From NCBI RefSeq assembly GCF_009914755.1, contig NC_060932.1: a DNA stretch of 64,000 nt, one strand, 5' to 3'. Source of the DNA: the human T2T-CHM13v2.0 reference genome, Homo sapiens. Under the pieces are notes generated by a model. That model had not been told where the DNA came from, did not search any database, and saw only the letters and a program-made list of their open reading frames with translations. Below are positions 12,801 to 25,801 of the stretch, piece by piece (positions within the stretch are counted from its first letter, which is position 1; each line of letters opens with the position of its first letter). Both the position numbers and the translations under genes were made by a program.

Positions 12801-15800
12801 TACTGACAGAGCAGTTTGAAACACTCTTTTTTTGGAATCTGCAAGTGGATATTTGGATCGCTTTGAGGATTTCGTTGGAAACGGGATGCAATATAAAACG
12901 TACACAGCAGCATACTCAGAAAATACTTTGCCATATTTCCATTCAAGTCACAGAGTGGAACATTCCCATTCATAGAGCAGGTTGGAAACACTCTTTTTGG
13001 AGTATCTGGAAGTGGACATTTGGAGCGCTTTCTGAACTATGGTGAAAAAGGAAATATCTTCCAATGAAAACAAGACAGAAGCATTCTGAGAAACTTATTT
13101 GTGATGTGTGTCCTCAACAAACGGACTTGAACCTTTCGTTTCATGCAGTACTTCTGGAACACTCTTTTTGAAGATTCTGCATGCGGATATTTGGATAGCT
13201 TTGAGGATTTCGTTGGAAACGGGCTTACATGTAAAAATTAGACAGCAGCATTCTCAGAAACTTCTTTGTGGTGTCTGCATTCAAGTCACAGAGTTGAACT
13301 TCCCCTCACATAGAGCAGTTGTGCAGCACTCTATTTGTAGTATCTGGAAGTGGACATTTGGAGGGCTTTGTAGCCTATCTGGAAAAAGGAAATATCTTCC
13401 CATGAATGCGAGATAGAAGTAATCTGAGAAACATGTTTATGCTGTATCTACTCAACTAACTGTGCTGAACATTTCTATTGATAGAGCAGTTTTGAGACAC
13501 TCTTCTTTTGGAATCTGCAAGTGGATATTTGGATAGATTTGAGGATTTCGTTGGAAACGGGATTATATATAAAAAGTAGACAGCAGCATTCTCAGAAACT
13601 TCTTTGTGATGTTTGCATCCAGCTCTCAGAGTTGAGCATTCCCTTTCATAGAGTAGGTTTGAAACCCTCTTTTTATAGTGTCTGGAAGCGGGCATTTGGA
13701 GCGCTTTCAGGCCTATGCTTAAAATAGGAAATATCTACCTACAGAAACTAGACAGAAGCATTCTGAGAATCACGTTTGTGATGTGGGTACTCAACTAACA
13801 GAGTTGATCCATTCTTTTGATACAGCAGTTTTGAACCACACTTTTTGTAGAATCTGCAAGAGGATATTTGGATAGCTGTGAGGATTTCGTTGGAAACGGG
13901 AATGTCTTCAAAGAAAATCTAGACAGAAGCATTCTCAGAAACACCTTCGTGATGTTTGCAATCAAGTCACAGAGTTGAACCTTCCGTTTCATAGAGCAGG
14001 TTGGAAACACTCTTATTGTAGTATCTGGAAGTGGACATTTGGAGCGCTTTCAGGCCTATGGTGAAAAAGGAAATATCTTCCCATAAAAACGACATAGAAG
14101 CTATCTCAGGAACTTGTTTATGATGCATCTAATCAACTAACAGTGTTGAACCTTTGCACTGACAGAGCAGTTTGAAACACTCTTTTTTTGGAATCTGCAA
14201 GTGGATATTTGGATCGCTATGAGGATTTCGTTGGAAACGGGATGCAATATAAAACGTACACAGCAGCATACTCAGAAAATACTTTGCCATATTTCCATTC
14301 AAGTCACAGAGTGGAACATTCCCATTCATAGAGCAGGTTGGAAACACTCTTTTTGGAGTATCTGGAAGTGGACATTTGGAGTGCTTTCTGAACTATGGTG
14401 AAAAAGGAAATATCTTCCAATGAAAACAAGACAGAAGCATTCTGAGAAACTTATTTGTGATGTGTGTCCTCAACAAACGGACTTGAACCTTTCGTTTCAT
14501 GCAGTACTTCTGGAACACTCTTTTTGAAGATTCTGCATGCGGATATTTGGATAGCTTTGAGGATTTCGTTGGAAACGGGCTTACATGTAAAAATTAGACA
14601 GCAGCATTCTCAGAAACTTCTTTGTGGTGTCTGCATTCAAGTCACAGAATTGAACTTCCCCTCACATAGAGCAGTTGTGCAGCACTCTATTTGTAGTATC
14701 TGGAAGTGGACATTTGGAGGGCTTTGTAGCCTATCTGGAAAAAGGAAATATCTTCCCATGAATGCGAGATAGAAGTAATCTCAGAAACATGTTTATGCTG
14801 TATCTACTCAACTAACTGTGCTGAACATTTCTATTGATAGAGCAGTTTTGAGACACTCTTCTTTTGGAATCTGCAAGTGGATATTTGGATAGATTTGAGG
14901 ATTTCGTTGGAAACGGGATTATATATAAAAAGTAGACAGCAGCATTCTCAGAAACTTCTTTGTGATGTTTGCATCCAGCTCTCAGAGTTGAACATTCCCT
15001 TTCATAGAGTAGGTTTGAAACCCTCTTTTTATAGTGTCTGGAAGCGGGCATTTGGAGCGCTTTCAGGCCTATGCTTAAAATAGGAAATATCTACCTACAG
15101 AAACTAGACAGTAGCATTCTGAGAATCACGTTTGTGATGTGGGTACTCAACTAACAGTGTTGATCCATTCTTTTGATACAGCAGTATTGAACCACACTTT
15201 TTCTAGAATCTGCAAGAGGATATTTGGATAGCTGTGAGGATTTCGTTGGAAACGGGAATGTCTTCAAAGAAAATCTAGACAGAAGCATTCTCAGAAACAC
15301 CTTCGTGATGTTTGCAATCAAGTCACAGAGTTGAACCTTCCGTTTCATAGAGCAGGTTGGAAACACTCTTATTGTAGTATCTGGAAGTGGACATTTGGAG
15401 CGCTTTCAGGCCTATGGTGAAAAAGGAAATATCTTCCCATAAAAACGACATAGAAGCTATCTCAGGAACTTGTTTATGATGCATCTAATCAACTAACAGT
15501 GTTGAACCTTTGTACTGACAGAGCAGTTTGAAACACTCTTTTTTTGGAATCTGCAAGTGGATATTTGGATCGCTTTGAGGATTTCGTTGGAAACGGGATG
15601 CAATATAAAACGTACACAGCAGCATACTCAGAAAATACTTTGCCATATTTCCATTCAAGTCACAGAGTGGAACATTCCCATTCATAGAGCAGGTTGGAAA
15701 CACTCTTTTTGGAGTATCTGGAAGTGGACATTTGGAGCGCTTTCTGAACTATGGTGAAAAAGGAAATATCTTCCAATGAAAACAAGACAGAAGCATTCTG

Positions 15801-17997
15801 AGAAACTTATTTGTGATGTGTGTCCTCAACAAACGGACTTGAACCTTTCGTTTCATGCAGTACTTCTGGAACACTCTTTTTGAAGATTCTGCATGCGGAT
15901 ATTTGGATAGCTTTGAGGATTTCGTTGGAAACGGGCTTACATGTAAAAATTAGACAGCAGCATTCTCAGAAACTTCTTTGTGGTGTCTGCATTCAAGTCA
16001 CAGAATTGAACTTCCCCTCACATAGAGCAGTTGTGCAGCACTCTATTTGTAGTATCTGGAAGTGGACATTTGGAGGGCTTTGTAGCCTATCTGGAAAAAG
16101 GAAATATCTTCCCATGAATGCGAGATAGAAGTAATCTCAGAAACATGTTTATGCTGTATCTACTCAACTAACTGTGCTGAACATTTCTATTGATAGAGCA
16201 GTTTTGAGACACTCTTCTTTTGGAATCTGCAAGTGGATATTTGGATAGATTTGAGGATTTCGTTGGAAACGGGATTATATATAAAAAGTAGACAGCAGCA
16301 TTCTCAGAAACTTCTTTGTGATGTTTGCATCCAGCTCTCAGAGTTGAACATTCCCTTTCATAGAGTAGGTTTGAAACCCTCTTTTTATAGTGTCTGGAAG
16401 CGGGCATTTGGAGCGCTTTCAGGCCTATGCTTAAAATAGGAAATATCTACCTACAGAAACTAGACAGTAGCATTCTGAGAATGACGTTTGTGATGTGGGT
16501 ACTCAACTAACAGTGTTGATCCATTCTTTTGATACAGCAGTATTGAACCACACTTTTTCTAGAATCTGCAAGAGGATATTTGGATAGCTGTGAGGATTTC
16601 GTTGGAAACGGGAATGTCTTCAAAGAAAATCTAGACAGAAGCATTCTCAGAAACACCTTCGTGATGTTTGCAATCAAGTCACAGAGTTGAACCTTCCGTT
16701 TCATAGAGCAGGTTGGAAACACTCTTATTGTAGTATCTGGAAGTGGACATTTGGAGCGCTTTCAGGCCTATGGTGAAAAAGGAAATATCTTCCCATAAAA
16801 ACGACATAGAAGCTATCTCAGGAACTTGTTTATGATGCATCTAATCAACTAACAGTGTTGAACCTTTGTACTGACAGAGCAGTTTGAAACACTCTTTTTT
16901 TGGAATCTGCAAGTGGATATTTGGATCGCTTTGAGGATTTCGTTGGAAACGGGATGCAATATAAAACGTACACAGCAGCATACTCAGAAAATACTTTGCC
17001 ATATTTCCATTCAAGTCACAGAGTGGAACATTCCCATTCATAGAGCAGGTTGGAAACACTCTTTTTGGAGTATCTGGAAGTGGACATTTGGAGCGCTTTC
17101 TGAACTATGGTGAAAAAGGAAATATCTTCCAATGAAAACAAGACAGAAGCATTCTGAGAAACTTATTTGTGATGTGTGTCCTCAACAAACGGACTTGAAC
17201 CTTTCGTTTCATGCAGTACTTCTGGAACACTCTTTTTGAAGATTCTGCATGCGGATATTTGGATAGCTTTGAGGATTTCGTTGGAAACGGGCTTACATGT
17301 AAAAATTAGACAGCAGCATTCTCAGAAACTTCTTTGTGGTGTCTGCATTCAAGTCACAGAGTTGAACTTCCCCTCACATAGAGCAGTTGTGCAGCACTCT
17401 ATTTGTAGTATCTGGAAGTGGACATTTGGAGGGCTTTGTAGCCTATCTGGAAAAAGGAAATATCTTCCCATGAATGCGAGATAGAAGTAATCTGAGAAAC
17501 ATGTTTATGCTGTATCTACTCAACTAACTGTGCTGAACATTTCTATTGATAGAGCAGTTTTGAGACACTCTTCTTTTGGAATCTGCAAGTGGATATTTGG
17601 ATAGATTTGAGGATTTCGTTGGAAACGGGATTATATATAAAAAGTAGACAGCAGCATTCTCAGAAACTTCTTTGTGATGTTTGCATCCAGCTCTCAGAGT
17701 TGAACATTCCCTTTCATAGAGTAGGTTTGAAACCCTCTTTTTATAGTGTCTGGAAGCGGGCATTTGGAGCGCTTTCAGGCCTATGCTTAAAATAGGAAAT
17801 ATCTACCTACAGAAACTAGACAGAAGCATTCTGAGAATCACGTTTGTGATGTGGGTACTCAACTAACAGTGTTGATCCATTCTTTTGATACAGCAGTTTT
17901 GAACCACACTTTTTGTAGAATCTGCAAGAGGATATTTGGATAGCTGTGAGGATTTCGTTGGAAACGGGAATGTCTTCAAAGAAAATCTAGACAGAAG
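9862..17997 (+). repeat. Six tandem 8-mer HORs (D starts 9862, 11218, 12574, 13930, 15286, 16642)
   Basis: Exact 1356-bp period in the sequence and the ORF track. Confidence 0.95.
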
Positions 17998-19865
17998 CAT
18001 TCTCAGAAACACCTTCGTGATGTTTGCAATCAAGTCACAGAGTTGAACCTTCCGTTTCATAGAGCAGGTTGGAAACACTCTTATTGTAGTATCTGGAAGT
18101 GGACATTTGGAGCGCTTTCAGGCCTATGGTGAAAAAGGAAATATCTTCCCATAAAAACGACATAGAAGCTATCTCAGGAACTTGTTTATGATGCATCTAA
18201 TCAACTAACAGTGTTGAACCTTTGTACTGACAGAGCAGTTTGAAACACTCTTTTTTTGGAATCTGCAAGTGGATATTTGGATCGCTTTGAGTATTTCGTT
18301 GGAAACGGGATGCAATATAAAACGTACACAGCAGCATACTCAGAAAATACTTTGCCATATTTCCATTCAAGTCACAGACTGGAACATTCCCATTCATAGA
18401 GCAGGTTTGAAACACTCTTTTTGGAGTATCTGGAAGTGGACATTTGGAGCGCTTTCTGAACTATGGTGAAAAAGGAAATATCTTCCAATGAAAACAAGAC
18501 AGAAGCATTCTGAGAAACTTATTTGTGATGTGTGTCCTCAACAAACGGACTTGAACCTTTCGTTTCATGCAGTACTTCTGGAACACTCTTTTTGAAGATT
18601 CTGCATTCGGATATTTGGATAGCTTTGAGGATTTCGTTGGAAACGGGCTTACATGTAAAAATTAGACAGCAGCATTCTCAGAAACTTCTTTGTGGTGTCT
18701 GCATTCAAGTCACAGAATTGAACTTCCCCTCACATAGAGCAGTTGTGCAGCACTCTATTTGTAGTATCTCGAAGTGGACATTTGGAGGGCTTTGTAGCCT
18801 ATCTGGAAAAAGGAAATATCTTCCCATGAATGCGAGATAGAAGTAATCTCAGAAACATGTTTATGCTGTATCTACTCAACTAACTGTGCTGAACATTTCT
18901 ATTGATAGAGCAGTTTTGAGACACTCTTCTTTTGGAATCTGCAAGTGGATATTTGGATAGATTTGAGGATTTCGTTGGAAACGGGATTATATATAAAAAG
19001 TAGACAGCAGCATTCTCAGAAACTTCTTTGTGATGTTTGCATCCAGCTCTCAGAGTTGAACATTCCCTTTCATAGAGTAGGTTTGAAACCCTCTTTTTAT
19101 AGTGTCTGGAAGCGGGCATTTGGAGCGCTTTCAGGCCTATGCTGAAAAAGGAAATATCTACCTATAGAAACTAGAGAGAAGCATTCTGAGAATCACGTTT
19201 GTGATGTGGGTACTCAACTAACAGTGTTGATCCATTCTTTTGATACAGCAGTTTTGAACCACACTTTTTGTAGAATCTGCAAGTGGATATTTGGATAGCT
19301 GTGAGGATTTCGTTGGAAACGGGAATGTCTTCATAGAAAATTTAGACAGAAGCATTCTCAGAACCTTGATTGTGATGTGTGTTCTCCACTAACAGAGTTG
19401 AACCTTTCTTTTGACAGAAATGTTCTGAAACATTCTTTTTATAGAATCTGGAAGTGGATATTTGGAAAGCTTTGAGGATTTCATTGGAAACGGGAATATC
19501 TTCAAATAAAATCTAGCCAGAAGCATTCTAAGAAACATCTTAGGGATGTTTACATTCAAGTCACAGAGTTGAACATTCCCTTTCACAGAGCAGGTTTGAA
19601 ACAATCTTCTCGTACTATCTGGCAGTGGACATTTTGAGCTCCTTGGGGCCTATGCTGAAAAAGGAAATATCTTCCGACAAAAACTAGACAGAAGCATTCG
19701 CAGAATCACGTTTGTGATGTGTGCACTCAACTGTCAGAATTGAACCTTGGTTTGGACAGAGCACTTTTGAAACACTCTTTTTGTAGAATCTGCAGGTGGA
19801 TATTTGGCTAGCTTTGAGGATTTCGTTGGAAACGGTAATGTCTTCAAAGAAAATCTAGACAGAAG
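17998..19865 (+). repeat. 11-mer HOR (1868 bp), left-domain type
   Basis: Near-identical to 7994-9861 at offset 10,004. Confidence 0.95.
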
Positions 19866-22800
19866 CATTCTCAGAAACACCTTCGTGATGTTTGCAATCA
19901 AGTCACAGAGTTGAACCTTCCGTTTCATAGAGCAGGTTGGAAACACTCTTTTTGTAGTATCTGGAAGTGGACATTTGGAGCGCTTTCAGGCCTATGGTGA
20001 AAAAGGAAATATCTTCCCATAAAAACGACAGAGAAGCTATCTCAGGAACTTGTTTATGATGCATCTAATCAACTAACAGTGTTGAACCTTTGTACTGACA
20101 GAGCAGTTTGAAACACTCTTTTTTTCGAATCTGCAAGTGGATATTTGGATCGCTTTGAGGATTTCGTTGGAAACGGGATGCAATATAAAACGTACACAGC
20201 AGCATACTCAGAAAATACTTTGCCATATTTCCATTCAAGTCACAGACTGGAACATTCCCATTCATAGAGCAGGTTGGAAACACTCTTTTTGGAGTATCTG
20301 GAAGTGGACATTTGGAGCGCTTTCTGAACTATGGTGAAAAAGGAAATATCTTCCAATGAAAACAAGACAGAAGCATTCTGAGAAATTTATTTGTGATGTG
20401 TGTCCTCAACAAACGGACTTGAACCTTTCGTTTCATGCAGTACTTCTGGAACACTCTTTTTGAAGATTCTGCATGCGGATATTTGGATAGCTTTGAGGAT
20501 TTCGTTGGAAACGGGCTTACATGTAAAAATTAGACAGCAGCATTCTCAGAAACTTCTTTGTGGTGTCTGCATTCAAGTCACAGAATTGAACTTCCCCTCA
20601 CATAGAGCAGTTGTGCAGCACTCTATTTGTAGTATCTGGAAGTGGACATTTGGAGGGCTTTGTAGCCTATCTGGAAAAAGGAAATATCTTCCCATGAATG
20701 CGAGATAGAAGTAATCTCAGAAACATGTTTATGCTGTATCTACTCAACTAACTGTGCTGAACATTTCTATTGATAGAGCAGTTTTGAGACACTCTTCTTT
20801 TGGAATCTGCAAGTGGATATTTGGATAGATTTGAGGATTTCGTTGGAAACGGGATTATATATAAAAAGTAGACAGCAGCATTCTCAGAAACTTCTTTGTG
20901 ATGTTTGCATCCAGCTCTCAGAGTTGAACATTCCCTTTCATAGAGTAGGTTTGAAACCCTCTTTTTATAGTGTCTGGAAGCGGGCATTTGGAGCGCTTTC
21001 AGGCCTATGCTTAAAATAGGAAATATCTACCTACAGAAACTAGACAGTAGCATTCTGAGAATCACGTTTGTGATGTGGGTACTCAACTAACAGTGTTGAT
21101 CCATTCTTTTGATACAGCAGTATTGAACCACACTTTTTCTAGAATCTGCAAGAGGATATTTGGATAGCTGTGAGGATTTCGTTGGAAACGGGAATGTCTT
21201 CAAAGAAAATCTAGACAGAAGCATTCTCAGAAATACCTTCGTGATGTTTGCAATCAAGTCACAGAGTTGAACCTTCCGTTTCATAGAGCAGGTTGGAAAC
21301 ACTCTTATTGTAGTATCTGGAAGTGGACATTTGGAGCGCTTTCAGGCCTATGGTGAAAAAGGAAATATCTTCCCATAAAAACGACATAGAAGCTATCTCA
21401 GGAACTTGTTTATGATGCATCTAATCAACTAACAGTGTTGAACCTTTGTACTGACAGAGCAGTTTGAAACACTCTTTTTTTGGAATCTGCAAGTGGATAT
21501 TTGGATCGCTTTGAGGATTTCGTTGGAAACGGGATGCAATATAAAACGTACACAGCAGCATACTCAGAAAATACTTTGCCATATTTCCATTCAAGTCACA
21601 GAGTGGAACATTCCCATTCATAGAGCAGGTTGGAAACACTCTTTTTGGAGTATCTGGAAGTGGACATTTGGAGCGCTTTCTGAACTATGGTGAAAAAGGA
21701 AATATCTTCCAATGAAAACAAGACAGAAGCATTCTGAGAAACTTATTTGTGATGTGTGTCCTCAACAAACGGACTTGAACCTTTCGTTTCATGCAGTACT
21801 TCTGGAACACTCTTTTTGAAGATTCTGCATGCGGATATTTGGATAGCTTTGAGGATTTCGTTGGAAACGGGCTTACATGTAAAAATTAGACAGCAGCATT
21901 CTCAGAAACTTCTTTGTGGTGTCTGCATTCAAGTCACAGAATTGAACTTCCCCTCACATAGAGCAGTTGTGCAGCACTCTATTTGTAGTATCTGGAAGTG
22001 GACATTTGGAGGGCTTTGTAGCCTATCTGGAAAAAGGAAATATCTTCCCATGAATGCGAGATAGAAGTAATCTCAGAAACATGTTTATGCTGTATCTACT
22101 CAACTAACTGTGCTGAACATTTCTATTGATAGAGCAGTTTTGAGACACTCTTCTTTTGGAATCTGCAAGTGGATATTTGGATAGATTTGAGGATTTCGTT
22201 GGAAACGGGATTATATATAAAAAGTAGACAGCAGCATTCTCAGAAACTTCTTTGTGATGTTTGCATCCAGCTCTCAGAGTTGAACATTCCCTTTCATAGA
22301 GTAGGTTTGAAACCCTCTTTTTATAGTGTCTGGAAGCGGGCATTTGGAGCGCTTTCAGGCCTATGCTTAAAATAGGAAATATCTACCTACAGAAACTAGA
22401 CAGTAGCATTCTGAGAATCACGTTTGTGATGTGGGTACTCAACTAACAGTGTTGATCCATTCTTTTGATACAGCAGTATTGAACCACACTTTTTCTAGAA
22501 TCTGCAAGAGGATATTTGGATAGCTGTGAGGATTTCGTTGGAAACGGGAATGTCTTCAAAGAAAATCTAGACAGAAGCATTCTCAGAAACACCTTCGTGA
22601 TGTTTGCAATCAAGTCACAGAGTTGAACCTTCCGTTTCATAGAGCAGGTTGGAAACACTCTTATTGTAGTATCTGGAAGTGGACATTTGGAGCGCTTTCA
22701 GGCCTATGGTGAAAAAGGAAATATCTTCCCATAAAAACGACATAGAAGCTATCTCAGGAACTTGTTTATGATGCATCTAATCAACTAACAGTGTTGAACC

Positions 22801-23933
22801 TTTGTACTGACAGAGCAGTTTGAAACACTCTTTTTTTGGAATCTGCAAGTGGATATTTGGATCGCTTTGAGGATTTCGTTGGAAACGGGATGCAATATAA
22901 AACGTACACAGCAGCATACTCAGAAAATACTTTGCCATATTTCCATTCAAGTCACAGAGTGGAACATTCCCATTCATAGAGCAGGTTGGAAACACTCTTT
23001 TTGGAGTATCTGGAAGTGGACATTTGGAGCGCTTTCTGAACTATGGTGAAAAAGGAAATATCTTCCAATGAAAACAAGACAGAAGCATTCTGAGAAACTT
23101 ATTTGTGATGTGTGTCCTCAACAAACGGACTTGAACCTTTCGTTTCATGCAGTACTTCTGGAACACTCTTTTTGAAGATTCTGCATGCGGATATTTGGAT
23201 AGCTTTGAGGATTTCGTTGGAAACGGGCTTACATGTAAAAATTAGACAGCAGCATTCTCAGAAACTTCTTTGTGGTGTCTGCATTCAAGTCACAGAGTTG
23301 AACTTCCCCTCACATAGAGCAGTTGTGCAGCACTCTATTTGTAGTATCTGGAAGTGGACATTTGGAGGGCTTTGTAGCCTATCTGGAAAAAGGAAATATC
23401 TTCCCATGAATGCGAGATAGAAGTAATCTGAGAAACATGTTTATGCTGTATCTACTCAACTAACTGTGCTGAACATTTCTATTGATAGAGCAGTTTTGAG
23501 ACACTCTTCTTTTGGAATCTGCAAGTGGATATTTGGATAGATTTGAGGATTTCGTTGGAAACGGGATTATATATAAAAAGTAGACAGCAGCATTCTCAGA
23601 AACTTCTTTGTGATGTTTGCATCCAGCTCTCAGAGTTGAACATTCCCTTTCATAGAGTAGGTTTGAAACCCTCTTTTTATAGTGTCTGGAAGCGGGCATT
23701 TGGAGCGCTTTCAGGCCTATGCTTAAAATAGGAAATATCTACCTACAGAAACTAGACAGAAGCATTCTGAGAATCACGTTTGTGATGTGGGTACTCAACT
23801 AACAGTGTTGATCCATTCTTTTGATACAGCAGTTTTGAACCACACTTTTTGTAGAATCTGCAAGAGGATATTTGGATAGCTGTGAGGATTTCGTTGGAAA
23901 CGGGAATGTCTTCAAAGAAAATCTAGACAGAAG
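19866..23933 (+). repeat. Three tandem 8-mer HORs (19866, 21222, 22578)
   Basis: 1356-bp period. Confidence 0.95.
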
Positions 23934-25801
23934 CATTCTCAGAAACACCTTCGTGATGTTTGCAATCAAGTCACAGAGTTGAACCTTCCGTTTCATAGAG
24001 CAGGTTGGAAACACTCTTATTGTAGTATCTGGAAGTGGACATTTGGAGCGCTTTCAGGCCTATGGTGAAAAAGGAAATATCTTCCCATAAAAACGACATA
24101 GAAGCTATCTCAGGAACTTGTTTATGATGCATCTAATCAACTAACAGTGTTGAACCTTTGTACTGACAGAGCAGTTTGAAACACTCTTTTTTTGGAATCT
24201 GCAAGTGGATATTTGGATCGCTTTGAGTATTTCGTTGGAAACGGGATGCAATATAAAACGTACACAGCAGCATACTCAGAAAATACTTTGCCATATTTCC
24301 ATTCAAGTCACAGACTGGAACATTCCCATTCATAGAGCAGGTTTGAAACACTCTTTTTGGAGTATCTGGAAGTGGACATTTGGAGCGCTTTCTGAACTAT
24401 GGTGAAAAAGGAAATATCTTCCAATGAAAACAAGACAGAAGCATTCTGAGAAACTTATTTGTGATGTGTGTCCTCAACAAACGGACTTGAACCTTTCGTT
24501 TCATGCAGTACTTCTGGAACACTCTTTTTGAAGATTCTGCATTCGGATATTTGGATAGCTTTGAGGATTTCGTTGGAAACGGGCTTACATGTAAAAATTA
24601 GACAGCAGCATTCTCAGAAACTTCTTTGTGGTGTCTGCATTCAAGTCACAGAATTGAACTTCCCCTCACATAGAGCAGTTGTGCAGCACTCTATTTGTAG
24701 TATCTCGAAGTGGACATTTGGAGGGCTTTGTAGCCTATCTGGAAAAAGGAAATATCTTCCCATGAATGCGAGATAGAAGTAATCTCAGAAACATGTTTAT
24801 GCTGTATCTACTCAACTAACTGTGCTGAACATTTCTATTGATAGAGCAGTTTTGAGACACTCTTCTTTTGGAATCTGCAAGTGGATATTTGGATAGATTT
24901 GAGGATTTCGTTGGAAACGGGATTATATATAAAAAGTAGACAGCAGCATTCTCAGAAACTTCTTTGTGATGTTTGCATCCAGCTCTCAGAGTTGAACATT
25001 CCCTTTCATAGAGTAGGTTTGAAACCCTCTTTTTATAGTGTCTGGAAGCGGGCATTTGGAGCGCTTTCAGGCCTATGCTGAAAAAGGAAATATCTACCTA
25101 TAGAAACTAGAGAGAAGCATTCTGAGAATCACGTTTGTGATGTGGGTACTCAACTAACAGTGTTGATCCATTCTTTTGATACAGCAGTTTTGAACCACAC
25201 TTTTTGTAGAATCTGCAAGTGGATATTTGGATAGCTGTGAGGATTTCGTTGGAAACGGGAATGTCTTCATAGAAAATTTAGACAGAAGCATTCTCAGAAC
25301 CTTGATTGTGATGTGTGTTCTCCACTAACAGAGTTGAACCTTTCTTTTGACAGAAATGTTCTGAAACATTCTTTTTATAGAATCTGGAAGTGGATATTTG
25401 GAAAGCTTTGAGGATTTCATTGGAAACGGGAATATCTTCAAATAAAATCTAGCCAGAAGCATTCTAAGAAACATCTTAGGGATGTTTACATTCAAGTCAC
25501 AGAGTTGAACATTCCCTTTCACAGAGCAGGTTTGAAACAATCTTCTCGTACTATCTGGCAGTGGACATTTTGAGCTCCTTGGGGCCTATGCTGAAAAAGG
25601 AAATATCTTCCGACAAAAACTAGACAGAAGCATTCGCAGAATCACGTTTGTGATGTGTGCACTCAACTGTCAGAATTGAACCTTGGTTTGGACAGAGCAC
25701 TTTTGAAACACTCTTTTTGTAGAATCTGCAGGTGGATATTTGGCTAGCTTTGAGGATTTCGTTGGAAACGGTAATGTCTTCAAAGAAAATCTAGACAGAA
25801 G
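23934..25801 (+). repeat. 11-mer HOR (1868 bp), left-domain type
   Basis: Matches 17998-19865 at offset 5,936, including the CAGAAATGTT variant. Confidence 0.95.
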
